A DNA stretch of 64,000 nt from the human T2T-CHM13v2.0 reference genome, Homo sapiens, in the NCBI RefSeq assembly GCF_009914755.1, contig NC_060947.1, one strand, 5' to 3'. Made by a program: the position numbers and the translations under genes. Below the pieces are notes generated by a model. That model was not told the DNA's origin and made no database searches. It saw only the letters and a program-made list of their open reading frames with translations. Positions 17,014 to 33,324 of the stretch are shown piece by piece; within the stretch, counting starts at the first letter, position 1; the number at the start of each line of letters is the position of its first letter.

Positions 17014-17629
17014 TTAATATACTTATGTTAAAATCAATCGGACTGATGAAAATCAAAAAGTTTCAGGGGAATCTGTGTTAAGGAGGCTGGGAGGGAGGAA
17101 CAGGAAGTTTCATAAACTGTTGATGTGAGTATAAATTGGTACAGCCGCTATTGAGGGCAATTTGGCAATATTTATCAAAATTAGCAATTGCACGTATGCT
17201 TTCACCCAGCTTTCCCACTGCTAGGATTCATCTTAAGGGTATATTGGCATACTCAGGAAATTACCTATATTAAGCCATCACTTTTTTTAAGTAAACACAA
17301 ATGTTTGGAAACAACATAAAAGTTCATCAATAGATGACTGTTTATCAAAATTACAATCCATTCGTGAAATGGGAAATTATACTGCCAGAAAAAAGGAGAA
17401 GTTTTTTGTGCAACTAATGTGTAATGATCTCTAAAACACATTAAGTGGGCTGGGTGTGGTGGATCACACCTATATAAATAAAAATTTAAAAAAACCATTA
17501 AGTGGAAAACAAAATATGCAGAACATTGTTTATAGCCTGCTAACATTTGTATACTAAGAAATGAGATATACATATGCACATACACACAAATATACACACT
17601 AAAAAAGTATATATTTGTATACTAAAAAG

Positions 17630-17632
<3 letters not shown>

Positions 17633-17667
<35 letters not shown>

Positions 17668-17685
17668 TGAGAAAAAAGAAAAAAG

Positions 17686-17728
<43 letters not shown>
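17633..17728. repeat. Compound (TA)n / (TG)n microsatellites
   Basis: Runs are directly visible. Confidence 0.95.
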
Positions 17729-17730
<2 letters not shown>

Positions 17731-18241
17731 CTCCAAGGAACTGATAATTTTGTTTGGCTTTGGGAAGATAACTTGGAGGCAAAAGGTAATAAGGAAGACT
17801 CTTCATGTTCACCTTTGTATTTTTTAATTTTAACCATATGAATGTATTACACATTGAATGCCTAATATTTTAGATGGAGCTATTTTGGAGAAACGAAAAA
17901 TCTCTATAGTGAAGAAAATTGAGCAAAATAGACTAGCAAATATAGAGATTCAATCAAGAATATGTTTAAACAAGCTGAGGTGTGCATAGAGTTTTGTTAG
18001 GTGCTATAAAATATTAACCTTCATTCCATAAGCCCAGCAAGAGTCAATTTCTTAAGGACAGAAGAAAAACATCTAGTAGCAAAGCAAGACTAGAAATCAG
18101 GTCTCTGGTAATTTAAATCCTCAATGAACTTTGATCTTCAGTTCAGGAACAAATTAGAACGTGCCTAACCATGAACTAAGAGAATGACATAGAGTCTGAG
18201 CTACCCGGTGAGAAATAAAGCTGAGTAAAGAGTAGCAGTTT

Positions 18242-18553
18242 GGGCAGGGCACGGTGGCTCACGCCTGTAATCCCAGCACTGGAGGGCGAGGCAGGCGGAT
18301 TGCTTGAACTCAGGAGTTCAAGAAAAGCTTGGGCAACATGACAAAACCCTGTCTCCACAAAAAATACAAAAATTAGCTGGGTGTGGTGGCACACCCCTGT
18401 AGTCCCAGCTACTCAGGAAGCTGAGGTGGGACGATCACTTGAGCCTGGGAAATCGAGGTTGCAGTGAACTATGGTTGCACCACTGCACTCCAGCCTGGGT
18501 GACAGAGCAAGACTCTGTCTCAAACAAACAAACAAACAAACAAACAAAAAACC
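18242..18553 (+). mobile_element. Alu (AluJ-like)
   Basis: Full dimer with (AAAC)n tail; TSD aagagtagcagttt on both sides. Confidence 0.95.
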
Positions 18554-19001
18554 AAGAGTAGCAGTTTCAAAGAAATCTCACAGCCCATTCTTGAACAATT
18601 TCACGGTTCAAACCCATCAGCAATCCAGTCTCCAGCAATCCAGTCCCCACTTTTAGACTGAAAAGGATTCAGCAGTGAGAGCAGTGAAAACCATTCCCTG
18701 AGCCCACCCATACCTGCTGAGTTTGCAGTGCCTCTTTGTAGGAGGGAAATGACACTGTGGCTGGGATGGAGTTTACTAGGGCATGCTAATAAATCCCAGG
18801 CCAGATACTTACTGTGTGGGCTTACTAGGAAGATGAACTGCTGATCTATTAAATTTCTAGGGAATGCATCAGAGTATTTAGTTGCAAAATTGTCCAACTA
18901 AGTAATTGGTCTATACAATCTACCACTTACTGAAAATTTTCCAGTTACTGTTCTCTAAATCTTTCTATTTTTGGATAGTTAAGTCTAGGAAAGGCCACTT
19001 A

Positions 19002-19232
<231 letters not shown>

Positions 19233-19271
19233 TTAGACAAAATAAAATTGTGTGTAGTTATTTACTGTTTA

Positions 19272-19562
<291 letters not shown>

Positions 19563-20689
19563 TCATGCCTTGCAACCTAGATTAGGTTCATCAACAGCTC
19601 CATTGGAAAATTGAGTTGTAAGTGTGGAAATGTATAAATGGTTGGCATTTATTCATTTGTGACTGCTGTGTTTAAGGGCAAAGTTATCATATTTGGCAAG
19701 AATTTCCCTTCTGTCAGAGTACATCTACAATGACTTTATATCAAATAATGGAAACGGATAATTGGATACACCTCTTCTATTATACAAATGAATCAGGTCC
19801 TATGACCAAGTCTCTATAGTAGTATTTTCCAAATAAAAGGTATTGGCATTTGGAGGTAGCACTGGGGAGGCACATAAGAAAGGGACCTTTGCCAGTTTCT
19901 TCAGCACTGGGATGGGAAATGGCTTACTTTTATGGAGGCAAAAGGATAAAGATTGTTTAAAGAAAAAAAAAAACAATGATATGGAGAACATTCTGGATCA
20001 AAGACCAAAGTGTCTGGCATCTCATCTTCCTACCCTTGGGTATAGCCCAGGTCAGGAGGTCAGAGTCCACCAGAGAGAGAGAGAGAGATCAACGCAGAAT
20101 TAGTCAGGTAACCCCTGGCAACCTCAGCCAGAAAAGATCTGAAAAGAGTCATCCTGGAAACAGAGAGTCTGAGGTCCCCTGTAGCTTGCAGCTGAGTATC
20201 CAGGAAGGCTGAGCTTTTTCATAAAGATCTCAGCCAGAAGTTTTTCCCAAGACAGACACAAGTCTTCTGGAGGAAGTGAGTGAGTCTCTGGGCACAGTTG
20301 GGTCATACACTCCAACCAAGCCAGATTTTCTAGGCACACCCTGCCCAGCAGGTCTTAGATCTGCTTCCGAAGTTAAACAGGACTCTGACGCAGCTCGAGA
20401 GGGCCACCTAGTGAGCTGCCCAGAAGCAGTAGGTATATTAAGCCTTTTTATAATGACAGGAAACCATCTGCAAGGTCAATCCATTCTTCGCTCCTGCTGT
20501 CTGTTGTGGGAAACAATTGAGGCAAATTGGACAAACTGTTTCTTCTAAACATTCATTGCAAGTCCCTCACCTAGCATAGAGGCCAAGCAATATGTAAGGA
20601 ATCCTGTACTTGCCTACCTTGTTTCAGGATTTGGGCAGTTAAATGAATCCTACATCAAAGTCCTGAGAGCAAATGATGGCAATACCTGT

Positions 20690-21095
20690 CCACGTCCCTT
20701 CTGCACTTACTATTTTCCATGAGTTCTAGCCAGACTTTCTTCAACCAGCACCTGCTCCCCTTTACCAGAGAGCATTCTCAGACCACAAGATCTGCCCTGC
20801 CTGCAGGGCTGAAATGCTGGGGAATTAATGCCACCTGGAAGCAGTTCTCAGCCAATAACTGATGGGAGGTGGTAAATAAATACCCCAGCTTCCTCAGCCC
20901 TCTGATGGGACAATTCAGGTGCACATTCTACACAGTCTCTCCACATTTCCCAGCAGGACTGAGCTCTAGTTGCCCATAGTGGTAACTTGCTTGATAACAT
21001 GTAATCTATAGTTTTTCTTCCCTTTTGTAAGAGCCTACATCTGGCGGAACTCAAATCAAGATTATTCCCCTGCTGTGGGATCCTTCTGGAATTAC
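20690..21095 (+). mobile_element. LTR16-family (ERVL) LTR
   Basis: gcagttctcagccaataactgatgggag...taaataccccagcttcctc...tgggacaattc...gttgcccatagtggtaac resembles LTR16A/C. Confidence 0.65.
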
Positions 21096-21230
21096 GTGGA
21101 GTTTGTAGCATGAGGTAACACATGTAAATGACTCAGAATAATGCTTGGCACACAGGAAGAACACACAAAATACTGGTTATTGTTGTTGTATTTGGTAACC
21201 CCCTCACCCTTAGATGAAAGTAAAATGTCA

Positions 21231-21536
<306 letters not shown>

Positions 21537-21879
21537 TCAACTACATAAAAATTGTGATATCAAGTTTTGGCACTATTTGTTCTGCCTTTATATAAAACCC
21601 ACATCTTTTTCAATTATAGAAAATTTCCAAACTGAAAACAGCAGGAGAATCAACAAGGAATAATCGGTGGCCCAGGATTGTGGCAAACAATGTGGTGGGC
21701 AGAAATGGCTGAGTACCACACACGGATTTACACCCACAACCTGGTCCTACCCAGCAGAAAACGTCGTGTTGCACCCATGGATGAAGGTAATGAGTGGGGT
21801 CTACCATATGATGTGACAGGACTGTGCTCTCACAGCTGTCAAGCGATCCTAGCACAAAATAAGGTAGATCATGTGGCTC

Positions 21880-22420
21880 ATAGCCCTTGAGTGACTACTC
21901 ATCTAACTCAGAATAAAAGCCAAAGTCCTTAGAATGGCCTTCAAGGCCCACATGACCTTTTGTCTCTCCCTCCTTCCTCTATGCCCTAACATCGTCCTGG
22001 CCATGTCTCCACTTGTCTTCTAATCTGCTCCAGCCACACTGGCCTCCTTGCTGTTCCTTTAACAGGCTGAGGATATTCCTTCCTCAGGGTCTGCACCTGC
22101 TGTTTCCCCCAGCTGAGACACTTTCCCCATTGTCTGCATTGCTGGCTCTCGCTCTCGCTCTCTCGCTCTCTCGCTCTCTCTCTCCTGCTTCATATACTTG
22201 TTCAAGTATTAGTGACGTCTTTTCTGACCATTTTGGTTAAAATTGACCTACCCCCTGCCCAACACACACACACACACACCAGCCCTCCCCAGACCCTTTT
22301 ATATTTTTCTCCTAGCACTTAGTACCTTGTAACTCTATATTTCACTTACATATTACACACATAGACACATACACAACATACATACTAGAATATAGGTCAA
22401 TGAAGGCAGGAAGTTCTGCC
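21880..22420 (+). mobile_element. L2 LINE 3' fragment with (CTCTCG)n and (CA)n tracts
   Basis: cagaataaaagccaaagtcctt...ctccagccacactggcctccttgctgttcct...cctcagggtctgcacctgctgtt. Confidence 0.75.
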
Positions 22421-22696
22421 TTTTTTTTCTTTCAGTGCTGAGGGTGTATGAGAGCATTCTGAGAAGAGAGTGACAGCTGTTTAGTAAGAACAATACTCTT
22501 GCAATTTACCAGTCAAATAAGGCACGATCAGCCCTCTATGGAGTCACCCAAATTCCACAATACCAAAGAAGTATAAGTTACTAGGAGATTTTTATCAATT
22601 TCACTTGAAGAAAAGTTTAGGCAGAGTATCTCCTCAGACTCAAGAGTAAGAGAAATCCTAGTTGGAGTAATTTGAGAACCCAGCAAATCAACTCAC

Positions 22697-22797
22697 CCAA
22701 AAAGAATCATCTGATTTTTTACTTTTAAAAAGTACTGCCTCATAGCATATGCAACAGATGATCGGAACAGGTACATTTCATTGTCGTTCCATTCATA
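22697..22797 (-). CDS. ACE2: ACE2 coding exon 15
   Basis: [34 protein letters not shown]; cag/gtgagt boundaries; 101 nt. Confidence 0.97.
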
Positions 22798-22908
22798 CTG
22801 CAAATTCAGAAGAAAGACACTGCTCAGAGGGACTCGTAAGACACATTTATAATCTGATACTCCTCAAGAATTATTCTTAATATTCCAGAGATTCTTGCTA
22901 TTCATTAA

Positions 22909-23097
22909 GTCAGTGACCTTCAATGTAAGTGTGCATCCGTATCACCTGAAGGGTTAGTTACAACACTGAGTGCTGGGTCCACCCCTAGAGCGTCTGATTC
23001 AGGAAGCCCGAGATGAAACCCAATAATTTACATCTCTAACAAACTCCCAGGTGGTGGTAATGCTGCTGGTCAGGCAACCATGCTTTAGGAACCATTG
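22909..23097. mobile_element. MER5A-like DNA transposon
   Basis: atcacctgaaggg...tgctgggtccacccctagag...tctaacaaactcccaggtg...tttaggaaccattg. Confidence 0.75.
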
Positions 23098-24499
23098 GGT
23101 TCACGGGTCCTTTTACTTTAGTTTGATGTAAACTGAAATTAACACCTTGAGTGTAGGTTTACCGATGGGAGTCAAACAAAAGTTGTGGGTTTTGTAGCAA
23201 AATGTCTGTACCTTGTGGACAAAATCAGTTTTTACTATTTTTATGGTACGTTCTCAGAAATGTACTTATCTATAAGTGTAAAAGAAAAACTTGACATTCA
23301 AATGAAAAATAACACTTTGTAAACAGCAAGCTAATCTGTTTGTTCTTGTTTTCCAGTGCTAAACAAATAGCTTATGTTTGCATAGCTTTTAAAGACTTAA
23401 AAGAAAGCATTCACTCTTTCCTCCAGTAGCTGGCAGTAGGAATCAATGAATGGCACTAGTTGTATGTTTCTCCTTTCCCTTTAAAAAATTATAATATTTC
23501 ACAAAAGAATTGTTACATTCACTTCAGCTTGGTTTCACCGAGGTTTAGAGGAGTTCCTTTAATAGTAATAATATTATTAATATTGTTACTAATAACAGTC
23601 TGGCTACTATCTCTATAAATATAAAATATAAAAGATTTTAAAGGCTGAGTTCTCAAAATAATGCCATAGATCCATTGGAATTCACCATGAAATAGTTTGA
23701 ACTGAGCAGATATTCTGACCCTGTTGTGTAGATGCACTAAATATATGATCTCGTTTCATCAAAACAGATTGTTGCTCAGTGAATTGGCCTCAGAACATTA
23801 CAGAATCAAACCCCCTGAACACTATTTACCAACCCTCACTGCATGGAAAGAGGATGAGTATAAATGTCAAGAAAAAAGATAATTGAAAATATCCTGATCT
23901 GCCGAGACTAATTAAAATGTATTAAGCCAAGGAAGAGCTAATAAAAATATGACAGAGAAATAGTCCCACAATCACCCAATGATTATTATGAAATAGGAAC
24001 TTGAACTCTTAATGATTGGAAAGAAATGCACTTCCATTTTCATTTTTTCTTTCTTGAATGTTCATCTTTTTACTCCTGAGTTATTTATGTTTTGATGTCT
24101 TAACTATGAAAATTATACTAAAAGTGTTATTGAATCTTGGACAATGTTTAACTTTTCAGGAAAGGTAAGGGGGTAGAAACACAATCTTTGGATCTATCCA
24201 ATGCAGACAACAATTTGCTGTAGCATCTTGGACCATTTTATCCAATAGTCCCAGATTGACTTCTAACCCTGCAAAGCCTTCAGGGTGTCATACCCACTCT
24301 CAGGCTTTTGAGCCCCATCTACCCGAGACTACTCTTTCCTCTCCTCTTTCCCAATCAAAGCTACCACTTCCTCAGACTGGATCATCTGAGACAGGTGTTA
24401 ACGACAGAGCAATAGCTAAGTAAATAATTCACATTAAGGTGTAAATAACATAATTTCCTGTAAAATATTTTGTTACCCCCAAAATGCATTTCCCTAAAT

Positions 24500-24852
24500 A
24501 AGTGGTTCTCAAACTTTGCTGTGACTAGAATCACCTGGGGAGCTTTAAACACTCTTGATGCCCAACTCTTGACTCCATACCCCAGAACAATTAAATCAGA
24601 ATCTCTGGAGGTGTATAACCTAGGCATTAATATTTTTTAAACTTCCCATGTGATTCCACTGTGCAGCCAAGTTTGAGAAGCAGTGTTCTAAATTAGAGCT
24701 TCCCAGTCTTGATTGTACGTACAAATCACCTGGAGGCTTGCTAAAATGCAGATTCTGATTAAGTGGTCCAGGGCTAGGCTTGAAATTACGCATTTTTAAC
24801 AAGCTTCCAGGTGATTCAAATGCTGCTGGACCATGGGCCACACTCTGAGTGA
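24500..24852. mobile_element. Two tandem MER5-family elements
   Basis: agtggttctcaaactt...aatcacctgggg...tttgagaagcagtg, then a second atcacctggaggcttgctaaaatgcagattc...ccacactctgagt. Confidence 0.75.
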
Positions 24853-25265
24853 AGCCAGGATACAGGTGATTGACTAAAACAAAACAAACTAAAAAAACCT
24901 AACTGTACCGCTTCTAAAAACAAACTACCTTTCAAAATATAACCATATTCTCTTTCTAGAATAAAAGTAATGGTGACGAGAGTCAATTGAAAGGATTGGT
25001 ATCTGATATTTAAGGATTGATACAGATATTTTCTCATTGAAGTTCATAACACCTTCAAGGCAATAAGAAGTAGGAATAGCTTATCCAATAAGGAATAGGT
25101 TACTTTAAAAACCCAAAGCCAAAGGCCAGAATCTGGAACTTATAGTTTTGAAAAGAACCACATGGCCTCTCTTCTTTCAGTTCACACTGAAATGGGTTTA
25201 TTGTGTCCTATTTAAGTGAAGACTGTGCACTCAAAAATAATCAATTCACTGTCCAGAATACTCAC

Positions 25266-25324
25266 TGCTTTATCTCCAAGAGCTGATTTTAGGCTTATCC
25301 TCACTTTGATGCTTTGGTCTGCAT
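25266..25324 (-). CDS. ACE2: ACE2 coding exon 14 (peptidase/collectrin junction)
   Basis: Y|[19 protein letters not shown]; cag/gtgagt boundaries; 59 nt; too short for the ORF track. Confidence 0.97.
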
Positions 25325-26415
25325 CTGATTAAAGAGAAATAGCAGACTGCTGGTTACAGACAACAGATTGCCCACATGTGCTTATTTCCTTTTCCTCCAA
25401 AGATCCCACTAAAGTGATAGTAAAGGGATCTTTTAAAGGTATCAACAGGCTTTTGGAAAACGAGAAATGATGAGACAGGGGTAACTGCTTTCTCAGGGAC
25501 AGGAAGCCATGACCTAATTTGTACACAGAGGAGGCACAGACCCACAAAGAGCCAAAAAATCCAAAAGAGGTTTGGAATTCAAGCACAGGTGAGGGTGGGA
25601 AAATAATACTGGGCTGAAAAGAAGAGGAATGGAAGTCAGGGTGTGGTTAAAACCACTTTGGAGAACAGTTGATCCTCCTACCCCTTGTGCCCCTGCTTGG
25701 ACAGTCTGTGGGAGGCTATGCTCCAGAAAAACAAGAGGTAATCCAAGAAAGAAGACATGGAATCTAGGAAGCAGTGGATTCAACCCAGGAGAACAACAAA
25801 TGTTGGGAAAGGAGAATATAAGACTCCAAGAGGGAAGTCTCTAGGGAAAAAAAATGAGACTGAAAAGAATAGATATGTTGAAATATTTGGGAGAAAAACA
25901 AATACAACGTAGATAGCAAATTAGGTAAGCCGAAAAATTCAGGCAAGTAGAAACTTTGAGACAAACAACAAGCCACATAAGAAAGGACACAAAATAATAC
26001 ATTACTTGGCTCTTCAGGCATAGTGATGTAAACATTGATAACTGTTTTACTAAAAATCATTATAAGGCCTTATTGGAAGAGCAAGAAATGGAAGTGGAAG
26101 AGTAGACCAAAACGAAGGTTTAAAACTGAGCAATAACAAAATAGCAATATAAGAAAATTATTTAGAAATATGAAAGTGACTGCCAGAAAGAAGAGATAAT
26201 AGCATTAAAATTGTTTTAAAAAAAGTATTTGTCTTTGGAAAGCAGGATTCGAGTACAGTTGGTTGGAGACAGTTATAATATGTATTTTAAAGATGAGACT
26301 AATAAAACAGACTTGAAAGAGTACACACTCTTGTATGTGTATGCACACATGTGCATGCATCTGTGTGTGTTTGTCTGTACAGTTGCTTTCACTATGTCTC
26401 ATACATAGGTGCTCA

Positions 26416-26835
<420 letters not shown>

Positions 26836-27170
26836 CTATGGTTTCTTCTCTTTGACTTGGCTAAATTTGCTTCTGGCAGATAAGAAAAGAATGCATATTA
26901 ACAGATATATTCCACCCTAAACCGCTCTTTCCTTCCAATTACCAGGAAGAGAGGGCTGTAGTTATGATAGGGAGAAAAGAGGTGGCCCACCCAATTGTTG
27001 TATGGTCTAGGTTCCTGTCTGACCACAAATTAAATGTTTGGTTTGTAAATGAGGACATTTTGAGGCCATAAAATTTTCTTTTTAGAACAAAGAAATCAAA
27101 TACAAACCTAGGCATGGAAATGAGTAATACTGAATACTAGGAGAGGTTCAACATTTTGAGGTATTTCTTA

Positions 27171-27371
<201 letters not shown>

Positions 27372-27863
27372 TTAAATCTGGAGCCCAAGTAACCAAAGAG
27401 ATACTGATCAAATCTCTGAAATCTCTTTCTCCAGACATGAACTCTACACTCATCATAACCTATTTGTGTTTTATGTATCTGTTGATAAACATGGCAATAT
27501 TACTCTGTTAAATGTTAGCTAACATTTGTTTTGTGTTTTACAGATTAATAGCCCTTTCACATAAATGATGCAAATCCATCCTTATAACAGGTCGATAATA
27601 TTATTTTCATTTTACAAATAAACTGAGCTCCAGCAAATTCAAGGACTGGGGTTACTAGGTGAAGAACATATGTTTTTGGACTTCAAGTTAAAAATTCTCT
27701 ATCACAATGTACAATAAACTGCCAGTAACAAGAAGACAAAACTACTTTTTATTTCTCCCAATGATACTATTGATTGCTGATGACGGGGACAAGATCTTAC
27801 ACAAGTTTAATTTAACCCAATAAATTGTGTTAGTTTAAATTGAATTGAAATTGATCATCTATA

Positions 27864-28202
27864 CAGACAGTTCCCAACTTACAACGGTTGGACTTTTGAT
27901 TTTTCGACTTTACAATAGCGCTTTCAGCTGTATATGTTAATGGTAAGTACCCAAAGTTTTTCACTTTCAGCACAGTATTAAATAATTACATGAGATATTG
28001 AACACTTTATTATAAAATAAGGTTTGTGTTAGATGATTTTGCCCAACAGTAGGCTAATGTGAGTGTTCTGAGCATGTTTAGGGTAGACTAGGCTATGCTT
28101 TGGTGTACCATAGGTTAGGTGTATTCAGCGCATTCTTAAGGTATTTTCAACTTATGATGAGTTTATTGGGATGTAACCCCATTGTAAAGCAAGGAGCATC
28201 TG
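27864..28202. mobile_element. Tigger-type MITE (MER47A-like)
   Basis: Imperfect TIRs (cagacagttcccaacttacaa / ttgtaaagcaaggagcatctg) flanked by a TA duplication. Confidence 0.8.
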
Positions 28203-28336
28203 TATTGAGCTTGGTAGTTATGGGTGGAAATAGAAAAATTATAATTATCACTTCATTTATCCCTACTTTTTGTCGTTATTAGCACAGCTGTCCACAAACC
28301 CTAGAAGTTAAACAGAAACAAGAAAACTGTAATTTA

Positions 28337-28462
<126 letters not shown>

Positions 28463-28466
28463 TTAG

Positions 28467-28828
<362 letters not shown>

Positions 28829-30635
28829 AATCAATGGTATTTACATTAGAAATGGTTGTTGGGTGAAATAGAAACAATGTAAAAAAAAATCACCTACAAA
28901 AATAAAAAATAAATAAAAATTTTTAAAAAATCAGACAGTAAAGCTCATTATGTAGTTATCTCTTAGTTTTAATTAATTCAGCCAGAATATACCCTTGGAA
29001 AATAGCTATGTCTTCAAAAGACTAATTTAATAACATTCATAAAGTGCATTGCATGGCCAAAAATGTACAGTGAAAGCCCTAATAATTCCTCTCAGGCACC
29101 ACACTTCATGTACTCCTGGCAGAGAGAATTTAATAAAATTGAAATCTTACTTATTCTCCACGCCTACCTAGCTCAAGTGTTCCCTCCTCTGTGAAGCCTG
29201 GCCCTGATCCCATCCACCTTCTGGCAGAATTAACCCCTCAATCTCCTTTAGCCTTCTCTAGTTGTGCCTCCTTTGCCATTTATCTCCCCGTTTTGTAGTT
29301 ATTCAACTATAGTAACTTCCTGCCCTAGAGACTTGAGCTCCTAGAGGGTGGGGCTGTGTCTTGGTCTTCTCTCTAATTCCAGTGTCAAACATGGTGCCTG
29401 ACACTACAGAAAGAATTAATTTATATTTACTGAACAAAGGAACAATTGATGCATTAATGAATCACTCTAAGGATCTGATTCCATGTGCCTTTAAAATAAG
29501 CTAAGAGGGGTCAAAAGATTAATCCAACCAGAAAAAAAGGTAGCAAAATCATGTATTTGGCTTTGATTAAATGGAATACATTTTTCCTTTAAAATTGCAG
29601 GATCATTGTAGACATAACTTCAGTAATATTTAAACACTGGCAACAGTTCTTATAGGTGCTGCGTCTTTCCTCCCAAGTACGATTTATGTTAACAGAGAGA
29701 ATCTTGACAGAAGAAGTGTACTGTTTTAAACCTGTGCATGTGGAACTGCTTGTTACACATGAGTTCTTCACTTCAAAAAGAAAATATAAGAAAAATAAAG
29801 AAAGAAATAATTGACCAGGGTCTATGATGGTAAAAAGAAGATAGATTTCTTTCTTGTTTCCATTCTCTCCCTCCCTCTCTCCTTTCTTTTTTTCCTTCTT
29901 TTTCTTTTTCTCTTATAATTCCTTCCTCCAAAAACCTATTTATTTCATACTTGCATGTGACAGGCACAGTGTGAGGCACTTGTGACACAGCAATAAGTAA
30001 CGTAGTGCTGCAACCATGGAAATGGTCACTGTTGCCCAAATGTGTCAGGTTCTCTCTAGCTTGGAATTCTCTGTGTTCCCCTCTACACCCACACCTTTCT
30101 CAGGGCTTAAATGCCTCTCCTCATCTGACACCCCCAGTTGGGCTTTGGATCTCCCCTGGACGCTAACGGACCCTGTACCCTCCCATCACAACACTACAAA
30201 TTGCAGTGGTTTAATTTTCCACATCCTGCCATAAACTAAACGTTTTTTGGGGTTGAGGACCATACCTGAAATTATTAACATTGGATCCCCAGTGCTTTGC
30301 CTAAAATGTGGGGTCACCGTTTTGTTTAAAAGGCTGGATAAAAGAATATGTAAAATGAATAAATTGATCACTTTCAACATAATATCATAGTTTAATGAGT
30401 AAGCCAATACTTAAGAATATAGAGTATGAAGTAGTGTCACCTGACCCAAGGAAATTTTATCTGAGGAGATGGTATCCAAATGGAGACTAAAATATAAAAT
30501 ATAACAAACTAAAAATACAAAAAGTAGTTAGTTAATGTGTGCCTCTGTGTGTGTGTGTACACGCCAGTCAAATGCTTTTAAATACACAGCAAACTCATTA
30601 GAAAACATTTTACTGATTGCATATTCATTGACTTA

Positions 30636-30809
<174 letters not shown>

Positions 30810-31039
30810 TTACGATGAAGATGACAGTGGATGTTTTGTGTTAAAGAGAATTTTCCTAACCTCAAAATATTATTCCTCAAGATGTACTTACTATAAGGAT
30901 ACATGAGAAAAATTGACAGTATTCATAATGATATGTATATATTTATTTTCTCAGCTAAGGGATTTGGAGTAGGTTGAAGCCCTGGAACAGAACAGGTAAA
31001 TAAAACCCAAAGTTACTTCTAATCCTCATTTTCTTCATT

Positions 31040-31052
31040 AGTTTCAGTTTCC
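31040..31052. promoter_or_regulatory. Consensus ISRE motif AGTTTCAGTTTCC (intronic)
   Basis: Exact match to AGTTTCNNTTTCY; function not shown by sequence alone. Confidence 0.45.
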
Positions 31053-33027
31053 TCCCTTAAATACCTCTTATCAGAGTTCATTAGAGCTATTTCATCCACT
31101 TTCCCAGTCACACTGTTTATTCTGGAAAGCTCCATGAAGTCAGTGACTGTTAATGTCTCATTTAAGACTGTATAACTTAGTCCCATGTCTGCTACGTGAT
31201 GCCTTCTGTGAGTCTTTGTTAAATAAACAAATACTAAACAGATTCAGTGAAAAGCCTGTAAACCAGGGAGGGGAAATGAAACAAAAGAGCCCTCCTGGAG
31301 GGCACTATCCACTGGATGGTGAAAAGTACAATGTACTTTAAATGTAAGGATATCTTCCTTACCAAGAATTTAAAATGCTTTAACAAATCATGTTATTTCA
31401 TTTTATCCTTTATTAGTGACATAAAGAGGCAGTGGAGTTCATCTCTAGTGTATGAAGGAAATGCATTGAAATGTAAGCAGGGGATGTTATCTACTTTTCA
31501 CATCACTGTGTCTCCAGTGTCTAGAAAAATGTCTTGCACACAGTATGTGCTCGATAAATATGTTTGGAAGAAGAAAGAAAGAGAAAGAGGGAGGGAGGAA
31601 TGGAAGGAATAAAGGAATTTATTTAACATTATTCACAAATCAGGGGCAGAGTCAAGAAAAAAAGCAGGAGTTTTCCAAACCGGTGGTTTAACCATGTCTA
31701 ATACTATCTTTTTTATAAAAAAAAAACAAAAAAAGCTTTTATTTTAGGTTTAGGGGTATGTGTCCAGGTTTATTATATAGGTAAACTCGTGTCATGGGGT
31801 TTGTTGTACAGATTATTTCATCACTGATCTAATATCATCTTAAGAAACATAGTCATCAACCATTTTTACCTGCTGTCAGGGAATATTTAAAAATAATAAA
31901 ATATCTGTTCATTGACTTGAATTAATGATATTTTAAAATTAGGAAGCAGGTATGGTTACTGTTAACTACCTTTGTTTGTTACTGTCTTCATGGGAGGATG
32001 CTGCTACTGGTCTGTAATCCACTAGGACTGTGCTTACAGTAACTATTTCAAACATGATGATAGGCTTTACACTGGCTCACTCCCAGGCCCTTGTGGGATC
32101 ACCAAGTATCTGGAACCAGAGATCAAGGCAAAGTGAATTGTCTACTCAAGGATGGAGCTCATGACCTTGACCTCATCGACCAAATGCTCCAGACAGAGGA
32201 GCTGATCTTTATGTCACAAATAACTAAAAATAGGGGAGAGAATATACAGAAGAGAAGAAGGTATTAGGCTCTATTTGTCCTCCATTTATGAGGAAGAATC
32301 AAAAGCCATGGCATCCTCACTGAAGAAATTGGATCTCCTGAACATTTGTCATGTTCCATCAAGTCCAAGGCATCTAAAAGGAAATGGGCTGCCTCAGGCA
32401 GAAATGTTGAAGGATAGCACAGATCTAAGGGGATGTTACAGGGGAAATTCACGCTTCAGCAGGATGAACAAAATGTTTCAATCCCTTCTAATCTTGATAT
32501 TAAACACCTGTTCTTTAAGAATTCCAAAATTTAAAGCTACACTTTGCTTTGCATAATATTATGGAAAAGACTTTAGATTAGGGCTCTTGTTCTGGTTCCG
32601 CCACTACATTGCGTTTTGACTTCGGGCTACTTTCCCTCTCTTGTCTTCAGTTTACTCCTCTATAAAATGGTTTTTAGAATATATTCCAACTCTAAAGTTT
32701 TGGGAAGTTTTTACCTAGAACCAGAGGGGTCTAGTTAGAATGCTGACACTAATTGGACAAGCCATTTCAGTTCTGTGAGACTGTTTCATCATCTTTAAGA
32801 AAAAAACTTCTGTTAGATATTTCACAGGATCCCAAGTCCATTCATTCAGTTACCTCTCTTATTCCCTTTTCAATAATACAAAACCAAAAGTTGACATGTT
32901 CTGATATATACTTAAATTTTTTCACCAGTAGTAATTTCCAGTTACCCATAAATACCTCATACCTTATGTGGCAAAAAGTAAATATTTCCTACATAAGATA
33001 ATAAATACCTTTTCCCATATCAGATTA

Positions 33028-33324
<297 letters not shown>

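Noticed and set aside
18616-18646. Short tandem duplication cagcaatccagtc x2
   Set aside because: Simple local slippage; not an array or CRISPR-like structure.
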